From Candidatus Brocadia sp. (GTDB taxonomy: Bacteria > Planctomycetota > Brocadiia > Brocadiales > Brocadiaceae): 32,000 bases of DNA. Below are positions 17,720 to 25,990 of this stretch, piece by piece (the first letter of the stretch is position 1; every line of letters starts with the position of its first letter). Where the stretch lies: positions 1,890,001-1,922,000 of the forward strand of contig CP091279.1 of NCBI GenBank assembly GCA_021650915.1, given 5' to 3'. The notes under the pieces are model-generated. The model saw only the letters and a program-made list of their open reading frames with translations, had not been told where the DNA came from and ran no database searches. A program made the translations under genes and the position numbers.

Positions 17720-18961
17720 ATGGCCGTGATATCTGACACAAAGGAACATCTCACAGGTATTTTTATTGCACGATGTATGCTGAAAAAGTACGTTGCAGGG
17801 TCTTTTCTGATTGCAATTTTGTGCTGCCCTCCCGTTATTGCTTCCCCTGAAGAGGTACTCATTCCTGGCGACCAAATTGTAGAAAAGGCATTCACGGAAT
17901 TCAGTAAGGATGGACAGGTAGAACGGGAATTCCATCTATATGCTACGGATGGTTATCAGGAAATGGCCGATGGAGAATTGATCTACTTTTGGGGATTTGC
18001 CCATGCAAAGGATTTTGCTGATGCCGGCGAGGTAAAGACGAAAGAAGAAAGGGACACGAAATTACTACCGTTAACAGTGCCTGGTGACGAGATACGTCTC
18101 ACATCAGGCAAGAACTACGTCGTCGTTTTACACAACGCCGGATTCTATGAAACAGAAATGCATTCCGGCGTTCATGGCGTTCCACACACCATTCACTTCC
18201 ATGGACTGGATCTGATACCGGCCTATGATGGCGTGCCCAATATGCCGTATACCCCCGTATTCCCGGGAGAAAAATACCGATATCTGCTGACAATACCGGA
18301 AGACGTCGAAGGATCGTACCTGGGGCACTGCCACGTGGACACCACGAATCATCTCATGGCGGGAATGTATTTCCCTTTAATACTGGAGAAAAGGCCAAAC
18401 GAAATCTACGGATATCCTTTTGACAGGGAATATACGCTTATTATGAGTGAAGTCGATAGTGACTATATGGAGATGCTCAGGACGGAAGGCAGCATTCGCC
18501 GCGGATTAGAGTGGAAGTCAAACTATTTTATGCTCAATGGCAGGATATTTATGGATATTCTGACCAACCCCTTGTCCACCATTAACGATCCCAAAACAAG
18601 GATCGTTGCATATGAAGGTGAGACAGTTTTGATTCGATTAATAGCCATCGGTTATAACCATATCTTTGCATGGCATCCACACGGATTTCATGGGCTGGTA
18701 ATCGGGACAGATGGGAGAAAGCTAAGTTACCCTTATGAAAAAGACACCTTGCTTATTGGATCGGGTGAGCGATACGACATCTTGTACAAAATCCCGGATC
18801 TTTCTGCAAAACGGGGATGTCCGTCCTGTAATTACGGACATGGCATCAGCATCGCCCATGATCACAATATGATGGGGATGGTAAGCCGGGGAATCTACCC
18901 CCACGGCCCGCAAACTATTTTTGATGTGAGACCAAAAAACACGAAACCAGGCACCCAATGA
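17720..18961 (+). CDS. secreted multicopper oxidase family protein (two cupredoxin-like domains)
   Basis: Copper-ligand motifs are HTIHFHGLD, HCHVDTTNHLMAGM and WHPHGFHG. The probable true start is the Met at 17777, which gives a Sec signal (MLKKYVAGSFLIAILCCPPVIA/SPEE). Confidence 0.8.
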   Translation: MAVISDTKEHLTGIFIARCMLKKYVAGSFLIAILCCPPVIASPEEVLIPGDQIVEKAFTEFSKDGQVEREFHLYATDGYQEMADGELIYFWGFAHAKDFADAGEVKTKEERDTKLLPLTVPGDEIRLTSGKNYVVVLHNAGFYETEMHSGVHGVPHTIHFHGLDLIPAYDGVPNMPYTPVFPGEKYRYLLTIPEDVEGSYLGHCHVDTTNHLMAGMYFPLILEKRPNEIYGYPFDREYTLIMSEVDSDYMEMLRTEGSIRRGLEWKSNYFMLNGRIFMDILTNPLSTINDPKTRIVAYEGETVLIRLIAIGYNHIFAWHPHGFHGLVIGTDGRKLSYPYEKDTLLIGSGERYDILYKIPDLSAKRGCPSCNYGHGISIAHDHNMMGMVSRGIYPHGPQTIFDVRPKNTKPGTQ

Positions 18962-20553
18962 GACATGATAGTTTTAGGAGGATTGGGTATTTTGATTATT
19001 CCCTAAACTCTGCAAATGATTTTCGCATAACGAAAATCGTCCTTCTGTAATACCCTTGCTGGGTAACAAGCACGGATTCTCTGGTCAAACAACCCCAGGC
19101 ATCTCCTTGCAAAGGTTTCCTATGGACTATGGTGGCAGTATTTACAACCCTATATACCACCAAACACGACCCACTGCCTCTCCTTCTCATATTGACTGTC
19201 GAGTATATTCTAAAATATTTTCACTGAATAGTTACCTTGAATGTTTCAATCTTTTCAGAATTTATTTCGGAGACGAAGCCAGCCACATTACTTGGAGTCG
19301 GCCAACAGGTTTCTTGCCCCGACACGACCCTTTGCCCCAATCAGCACTAGACCAATCTCGCCATCGTGTTCGGCATAAATGGTCGCCTCCACCTTCATGA
19401 CCAGGGGAAATCCCTTGAGCAACCTGTCTACCGCAGAAACTACATATTGCATCGTTGCTGGAACTACACGAAGCACCTTTCCAATAAAGGCTATTCTTGC
19501 CTGAATCCATGTGTTTCCGTATTATGTTTTTTCAGTCCAGACATCGCGCTCCATCCCAGGGTAACGTCAAAGTCATGCTAGGCAAAAAAGGGGGAGTGTC
19601 AGGGCAAGGGAAAGAAGGAGTTTGAAGAGGGAAAAACGAGCAAAGACACGAAAAGATGACAAAAAGTGGCATAAAAGACGAGGGAATCCCCACGTGCCTC
19701 GAATGGGCATGGGAAATAAGGGATGAAATGGGGAGAAAGAGGCGTTATAAGCGAAGGAGTTTTAGTGCGAGGTGCGGTTGGTAGGTTAAATTTCTAAGAG
19801 TTTGTGCGATAGCGGTTCTCCCCAGTGAGCGAAAGATGCTGATGATGCAATTTTTGAGGGAGGCGTGCCTTGAAGTATGGGATACCTAAGTGGTTGAAAA
19901 TATCACCTCTGCGAGCCTAAATCCTCGTAGAGAAGTTTGTACCTATGCGTATACAAAGGAGCAATCCGTGTGCGTAGAAGGATAGCGTATTCCCGTGAGG
20001 GGTATGACGGAGTTACGAGGTACAGACGACCTTTTGGGGTGTATGAATATGGCGTGTTAGTTCGTGCCAACTGCCCTTTCTCAGTGAAGCACTGACAATG
20101 TCCCTGTTGGAGATGTCAAAAAAAAAGACCTGGTGAAAACATCTCTGGATAATGCGTTTGAACATACATCACGAAGGGAAAAGGGGTAATCCATATGACC
20201 GGGGGAGGACTTACGTCTTGGGAAGAAATTCCCTAACAGCGAGGTATAAGGGAAATCCGAAATCCAAGCTGTATGAGATGGTGACAGACGACTGGCTCTC
20301 ACAGGTCTGTCTTTGAAGTCGTCAGCATTGCTCATAATAGTTTCTGGTGTGTACCAGGAATGAAGGGGCATAACCGTAGTGGAGTTGATGAAAGTGGTAG
20401 ATTGAATACGTTCCATGAGAAAAGAGACTCTTTGCATGGGCAAGTAGTAGCAAGAGCCTCTCTTGTTTTGCCTCTGTCAGGAGGAATCTCGACTCAGGAA
20501 ACACGATTGACAAGTCTATTATCCGGAATCAATCAAAAGGAACATATCGGGAG

Positions 20554-21720
20554 ATGCTTAAGTATCATTCTTTAAGAGACAAGGTATTCAGTCTGAGAAA
20601 CCTTTGTGCGGCTTTTGGGCACGTAAAGAAGAATAAAGGCAAGGCTGGTCTCGACAGGGTAAGTATTAAGCAGTTTGAAAGTGACCTTGAGAATAATCTA
20701 CAAGCTATTCACAAGGAACTGAAAACCGCCATATACAACCCTGCGCCCGTCCTAAGGGTCTACATTCCCAAAGGCAGGCATGACAAGAGACCTCTTGGCA
20801 TTCCCATTGTCAAGGACAGGGTAGTACAGCAGGCGTTCAGACAAATCATAGAGCCAATATTCGAGAAAGAATTCTCGGATAACAGCTTTGGATTTCGTCC
20901 AAACAGATGCTGTCATGATGCTATCAAACGGATTGAACAGTATAAGCAGCAAGGGTATCGGAACATTTTGGACGCCGATATAAAGGCGTTCTATGACACC
21001 ATACCTCACAAGCTTATCATGAACTCCTTGCGTGAGAAAATCGCTGACGGATGGGTGTTGAACAGTATCGAGAACATGCTCAAGGCAGGGGTCATGGAGG
21101 ACGGCATCGTGCATGAGACAAATCAAGGCACTCCGCAAGGAGGCGTCATATCTCCCTTGCTTGCAAACCTTATCGGTGACATCATCGACAAGGAGCTTGA
21201 AAAGGCAGGATATAAATTTGTCCGCTATGCCGATGACTTCGTTGTCATGACTAAAACAAAAGAAGAACTCCCTACCGCCCTTCAGTACGTCAAAGAAATC
21301 ATCGAAGGGAAACTTGAAATGAAGCTGAGCGAGGATAAAACCAGGCTCACCAACTTCAAACGAGGCTTCCGGTTTCTCGGATATAATTTCATGGGCAAGA
21401 ACAAGGGTGTAAGCATGAAATCCCTGGACAAACTCAAGGACGCCGTTAGAGACATCACCAAACGCACACAAGGCGTCAACCTGCAAGCCGTCATTGATAC
21501 ATTAAATCCTGTCATAAGGGGACATGTCAACTATTTTCGGCTGGGCAATGTACAAACGGTATATCGCTCGTTAGACTGCTGGGTACGCATGAGACTGAGA
21601 AGTTTCAAGTTTTCGAGAAAATGGAAAACTGACAACAAACGTTTCCCGGTACACCGATTCTTTAAGATGGGGTTACTCTCATTTGAAAGAGAATTTCTTA
21701 AGGCACGTGCGAAGGCATGA
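20554..21720 (+). CDS. group II intron reverse transcriptase/maturase (no endonuclease domain)
   Basis: 388 aa. RT blocks are RVYIPKGRHDKRPLGIPIVKDRVVQQA, FGFRPNRCCHDA, ILDADIKAFYDTIPH, GTPQGGVISPLLANL and FVRYADDFVVM. The maturase X region is LNPVIRGHVNYFRLGN. Confidence 0.92.
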   Translation: MLKYHSLRDKVFSLRNLCAAFGHVKKNKGKAGLDRVSIKQFESDLENNLQAIHKELKTAIYNPAPVLRVYIPKGRHDKRPLGIPIVKDRVVQQAFRQIIEPIFEKEFSDNSFGFRPNRCCHDAIKRIEQYKQQGYRNILDADIKAFYDTIPHKLIMNSLREKIADGWVLNSIENMLKAGVMEDGIVHETNQGTPQGGVISPLLANLIGDIIDKELEKAGYKFVRYADDFVVMTKTKEELPTALQYVKEIIEGKLEMKLSEDKTRLTNFKRGFRFLGYNFMGKNKGVSMKSLDKLKDAVRDITKRTQGVNLQAVIDTLNPVIRGHVNYFRLGNVQTVYRSLDCWVRMRLRSFKFSRKWKTDNKRFPVHRFFKMGLLSFEREFLKARAKA

Positions 21721-21768
21721 TAGTTTACTTTTCTCTGCTCCAGAGCAACACTATGGGGTCGCTAACTA

Positions 21769-23619
21769 GTGTTTGAACGGAAACCCCCCAGAGCCCTGTA
21801 AAGTAAGGAGAAGCTGGTGAAAAATGTTCATGAAAGTCATTGAATTTTTTCGGGTAAAAGGGTAAAATATGGCGAAAATGAAGGGATTCTGGGTATAAAG
21901 AGTCCAAATATTCGGTTCATTAACCCACTAGCCAAAGGACATTCGATAGAAGATGAGAAAGAGATTTGAGCAGCAATTGAAGCTTGGCATCATACCCATT
22001 TCAGGGGTAAAACTGCCAATAAAGAGTCGAGATGAGCTACCACCGATACTGAGGGCGTTGCAACATATCTATGTTACACCGGAGTTGAACGAGGAGGTAT
22101 TCCGGATATTAGAGGCGAAGGTAACGAAGGGGAAGAAAAAAGACGGGAAGATATGGGATGGATTTATGGCATATTTTGGTGTTGTCGGTGGTAAGATTAG
22201 GGTTAGATGCCGATTATGACAGGTTGGAGGATTTTGCCAACCATCACAAACTTATCAGGCAGATAATGGGGGTTGAGACGGCATTTGGAGAGGCGAAGGT
22301 TTTTTCGATGCAGAGCATCAAGGACAATATAAGATTGTTGGATGAGGAGACCCTCAGGCAGATAAATGAAGTGGTGATATCATCGGGGCATCAGTTGGTT
22401 AAAAAAAAGGACGAAGGACTGTGTATTAAGGTGGATACGTATGTGTTAGAGACGAATGTACACTTTCCGACCGATATGAATTTATTGTGGGATGCGGGAC
22501 GCAAGAGTCTGGACATGATAGAGGATGCAATAGAGGAAGGCATCCTGGCGGGGAAAGGATGGCGCAAGAGCAAATATTGGAGGAGAGAGTTAAAAAAGCT
22601 GATGAGGATAAGCGCAAAGGCGTCAAGCAGCGGGGGGAAAAACAAGGAAGAGCATGTGAGGAGTTACTTGGAATTATCGAGGGGTTTGAGTGAAAAGATA
22701 GGAGCGAGTCTGTTAGCCATCTACGAAAAGGTGCTAACGACGAACCAGGTAGACAAGCATGCAGGGAAAATAGGGACACTGGAGTATTTTCACGGGATGT
22801 TGAATAAACAGATAGACCTGGTGGAGAGAAGGGTGATCCGGGATGAGGTAATACCGGCGGCAGAAAAGGTTCATTCGTTGTTTGAGCCGCATACGGAGTG
22901 GCTGTACAAAGGCAAGTCAAACAAAAGGGTAGAGTTGGGACATAATATTCTGGTAGCAAGCGATCAGTGGGGTTTCATCGTGGACCATGTGGTAGGAGAA
23001 AAACAGGCGGATGTATCGTTGGTAATTCCATTGGCAGATAGGTTGTTGAGCCGTTACGGAGAAGGCACAATAAAGAGTATAAGTTTTGATAAAGGTTTTT
23101 ACAAGAAAGAGAATAAAGAGTTGCTGAGTTTGTATATACCAGAGGTAATCCTTCCCCAAGAAGGGCAAGAAGAATAAGGCGGAACAGGAAGAGGAATCGG
23201 GTAAGACATTTAAGAAGCTAAGGCACAAGCACTCGGCGGTAGAATCGGATATCAATCGTTTGGAGCATCACGGCTTGGATAGGTGTCCGGACAAAGGGCT
23301 GCATGCCTTTAAAAGATATTGTGCAATGGGCGTGTTAGCTGCGAATTTGCACAAGCTGGGAAACGTGCTGCAGGAGAAGGCACGGAAGCAGTGCGAAAAG
23401 TTGCGAAAAGCCGCCTAAGCAAGCAAAAAACACGAAGAAAAACAGTCTGCCGGGAGGCAGGTACGCCCAGACAAGGCTAAAATAAAGGGGAAAACAAGGG
23501 AAATATGTAAAAGAACAGTATTTTTGCCAAAAACCCTAATCTCAAATCTTAAAATTATCTATTGGTAAATAGAAAATCGACCTCGCACTTTTACAAAAAG
23601 TGCGTTTTCGTTCAGACAC
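21769..23619 (+). mobile_element. IS element copy 2, 1851 bp (same IS as 546-2394, opposite orientation)
   Basis: It has the same termini (GTGTTTGAACGG... ...CGTTCAGACAC). It is flanked by the direct repeat TAACTA at 21763-21768 and 23620-23625. Confidence 0.85.
21953..23418 (+). pseudogene. DDE transposase of IS copy 2, broken by two frameshifts
   Basis: Fragments 21953-22219, 22158-23177 and a third frame to the TAA at 23416-23418 rebuild the same ~487-aa protein. Extra nucleotides sit in the A run 22136-22141 (6 vs 5 in copy 1) and the C run 23164-23167 (4 vs 3). Confidence 0.85.
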
Positions 23620-23722
23620 TAACTACGGGAAAGCCGTATGGTTTAAAAGGATACTTTGTCACGTTGTCCAAAGTATCTGGCGACGATTGGGGGTTGGAGG
23701 CGATTCGCCTCCTTCCTACCAG

Positions 23723-24975
23723 CTACATAAGGATGGCCTGTGTCTTAGCGCCATCCTCAGAGCGGTTCTGCTGTGAGACCTTTCTGGTCAATACTGGCTT
23801 TCGCATCTGTTGCTCAGCATGGTTGTTATAGGGACTGACACCCTCATGTTCCAGGAACGTGAAGAGTTCCTGTTTATGGCGGTTCAGGCGTTTGATCAAT
23901 CTTTGTGCGTCTTTATCCTGGCAGGGTGTTGCCAAAAACTGTTCAAGCCTGCAATACAGTCTATTTTTGAGACTGAGAAAGCATACCGGGTTTATCTGGT
24001 GCTTTTTCTCGGATAGCCGGATGGCATCCCTGAGTAATCGGGAGAGTTTTCTCCTGAAACTTTTCCATGAGACAGAATGGTTGTAGGTGTCTACTTTCAC
24101 GAGTTCCGTAAACAGATGATAGAAACACCGCTGCTTTGCCAGTGCGCTTGTCTTGTTATAAGCGCCCCAGAAGTCGCAGATCAGGATGCCCTTGAAGAGT
24201 CTGCCTAAGAACCTTTTTATGACAGGCGCCCCCGATTCCGTATTATAAGGTAGTAGCAGAGGGTTTTGGTGGTAAAACACCATAACCAATGGGTTTTTCC
24301 ATTCAACCGCCACCCGGTTTCATCTGCGTGCAAGACGGCGCTGGTAGAGACCTTTTGCCCAATATCGTTATACTGTGGTTCCAGGAGTGTTGCAAGAGCC
24401 TTCCAGGCCTGGGTTAAACCACCGGCGCTTACGTGAAGATTAAAAAATACGGAAACCATCTTTACAAGGTTGTTTACACTGATACCGACTACGTAATGAA
24501 GCCAGGCGGTAAAGACAACGAGGCGCAATCCGAGTCGGGCGTTTGGCAAGGCATCGGTGAGCGCGGGCGGAACGATCTTTTTGCAACAAGCACACCAGTA
24601 GCCATGAACCGTATGTTCCGTCACGACAGGGTCGACCCGGGGGATATCCTCGATGTATCGCTTATACGTTCTCACCGGTTTTTGTAATGACTGCTGGCAG
24701 TCAGGGCGCCTCTCCAGGGTATGTGTCTTATAGGCAGTTATGGTTTCCGGTCGTCTTCGGGAAACCCCCTTATGTCCTGGTTTTCTGCCACAAGGTCGTT
24801 TTCTCTTTTTACGGGTAGGCTTGAGATAAGGTGGCGTCATGCCCGAAGGGGTAGTTGGGCTTGGTTTATCGCAGAGTCGGTCATACTTCTCTGCCTTCCC
24901 GGCCAGTATCAGGATGACTTGAATCGCATCCTCTCTGTTCATCTCCAGGATGGCTCGGGCTTCATCCCTGGTCAT
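23723..24975 (-). pseudogene. IS66-family (TnpC-type) DDE transposase, frameshifted and 3'-truncated
   Basis: It has LHADETGWRLNGKTHWLWCF, ICDFWGAYN and SPYNNHAEQQMR motifs plus a Cys-rich region (WCACCKK). The two frames (24217-25068 and 23723-24313) rejoin as ...RNRGAPVIKRFLG if the C5 run at 24229-24233 is read as C6. The ORF ends abruptly at TAG 23723-23725, at the proposed intron 3' end. The likely start is the ATG at 24975. Confidence 0.8.
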
Positions 24976-25843
24976 GAGCAAGAAGCCTCCGGAAATTTTT
25001 CTCAAGAGGATACAGGTAGAGTTCCTTCGTCTGGCCATGATACCGATAGGTATTGCCCCGTTTTGCACTGCCTTTGGTTTTTCCTACACGGAGCCAATTA
25101 GCTGCCTGATAGCAAGTGCCTTGAAATCGCGCGGTATCAACAAAGGTCTCCGCCAAATACACGGGATGTCCGTAGACAGCTTCCCAGTCATGTGACAAAC
25201 GCTTGAGGGCAAGGGATAATACCTTGGATGCAAGGTGTTTGACCGTAACCCAGGGGGGAATGAGAAATCGCACGTTACTGGCAATTAAATGCAAGTGGGT
25301 GCGTTTGGTGGTCTCATCCCATCCGATGAAACGGTCACGGTCTTTGACCTTCCATGCTGCGCTTGCCCATCCAAGACAGGCAACGACCTGATTGCCGATA
25401 TGTACGATGTGCCTGATGTGTTCGCCAACAAGCCGGGGACATCCGAGGTAGTGATAGTGATAGAGGAGATAACCCCAGAGGTAACTCTCTTGAGGGTCTT
25501 TTACCACCTGGATCGTCGGGATTTCATACCCGGTGATAGTGCCTCCCAGTGTGCTTTTGACAAAAAGGGGTATCTGATCAAATATCTTAGGTTTCAGATT
25601 GTTTTTTGGTCGTATGCGGCCTGGAAGCGCTACCAGGCCCTGTTCTTCCAATCGCAGAAGGAGGTCTCGTGCCGCGTATTCTTTCAGCTTGCCATTGGGC
25701 TGCACCCAGTTCCAACTTTTGCAAAGTTCACGGGAAATATAACTCCGCCCTTTGAGAAAATAACTATCAATGAGCGCCTTGATAAAGGCTATATCGTCTG
25801 TATGCAGTTTCCGTGAACGGTATTGGAATAGTATAGGCTTCAT
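24962..25843 (-). CDS. DUF4338 (DruA-like) domain protein, upstream partner of the IS66-type transposase
   Basis: 293 aa. The C-terminal signature YLAETFVDTARFQGTCYQAANWLRVGKTKG is the DUF4338 hallmark as I recall it. Its stop (TGA 24964-24962) lies inside the sequence ATGACCAGGGATGA, whose ATG (24975) starts the transposase. Confidence 0.75.
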   Translation of the reverse strand: MKPILFQYRSRKLHTDDIAFIKALIDSYFLKGRSYISRELCKSWNWVQPNGKLKEYAARDLLLRLEEQGLVALPGRIRPKNNLKPKIFDQIPLFVKSTLGGTITGYEIPTIQVVKDPQESYLWGYLLYHYHYLGCPRLVGEHIRHIVHIGNQVVACLGWASAAWKVKDRDRFIGWDETTKRTHLHLIASNVRFLIPPWVTVKHLASKVLSLALKRLSHDWEAVYGHPVYLAETFVDTARFQGTCYQAANWLRVGKTKGSAKRGNTYRYHGQTKELYLYPLEKNFRRLLAHDQG

Positions 25844-25968
25844 AAACAGGTTCCTTTTCTCTGAAGCCTTTTATACCACAAAGGGAAAACTGACGCCAGC
25901 TTTTTTTGTATCTTAACGCCCTGATGGTTAAAACGCCTTCTGGGTTTGCTTATAAAATCGCTTGTTAA

Positions 25969-25990
25969 TTTTTCAAAGAACTAAAGTGTT
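25969..25990. repeat. solo MITE-type terminal repeat (TTTTTCAAAGAACTAAAGTGTT)
   Basis: It matches the right TIR of the MITEs at 29536-29683 and 30027-30177, with 1-2 mismatches and the last 2 nt missing. It abuts the next element. Confidence 0.5.

Larger units (their letters stand above)
19804..23726 (+). mobile_element. group II intron (bacterial, En-minus IEP), itself interrupted by IS copy 2; boundaries +/- about 20 nt
   Basis: GTGCGAT at 19804 lies ~750 nt upstream of an RT/maturase ORF. After the IS is removed, the 3' part ends in a DVI-like hairpin (23689-23720) with a bulged A at 23718, followed by ...CTAC at 23726. DV was not confidently identified. Confidence 0.65.
19742..25962 (-). 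mobile_element. IS66-type element carrying a DUF4338 gene + transposase, interrupted by a group II intron (ends approximate)
   Basis: There is an imperfect inverted repeat between 19742-19771 (GCGTTATAAGCGAAGGAGTTTTA) and the reverse complement of 25926-25962 (GCGATTTTATAAGC...GAAGGCGTTTTA). It encloses the DUF4338 and IS66-type tnp genes. Without the intron block the length is ~2.3 kb. No TSD could be identified. Confidence 0.45.

Noticed and set aside
18996-19510. A cluster of overlapping 62-114-aa ORFs between the multicopper oxidase and the purine-rich tract, for example the minus-strand ...VPATMQYVVSAVDRLLKGFPLVMKVEATIYAEHDGEIGLVLIGAKG...
   Set aside because: I could not match any of them to a family (toxin-antitoxin, XisH/XisI and IS66 TnpB were considered). 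The frames overlap one another and start codons and RBSs are poor. This may be a decayed gene remnant, but it cannot be supported.
20752-21486. Long antisense ORFs inside real genes. Examples are the 244-aa ORF opposite the RT, 22426-22959 and 1205-1738 opposite the IS transposase, and 8570-9149 opposite rnfC
   Set aside because: They are shadow frames of strongly supported genes. Their translations are low-complexity or Pro/Ser/Leu-rich, with no recognisable motifs.
20554-21720. The reverse transcriptase as a retron, DGR or defence-associated RT
   Set aside because: It has the maturase X domain (RGHVNYFRLGN) and group II-type RT blocks. It sits ~750 nt downstream of a GTGCG start, and a DVI-like hairpin lies downstream. 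I saw no template/variable repeat pair and no msr/msd-like inverted repeats.
546-23619. The two inverted IS copies as the arms of a 23-kb composite transposon, or as the endpoints of an IS-mediated inversion
   Set aside because: Each copy is flanked by its own matching hexamer (TATTTA/TATTTA and TAACTA/TAACTA). A composite transposon would show matching repeats at the two outer flanks, and here they differ. An inversion would have swapped the flank pairs. The intervening genes are ordinary housekeeping genes.
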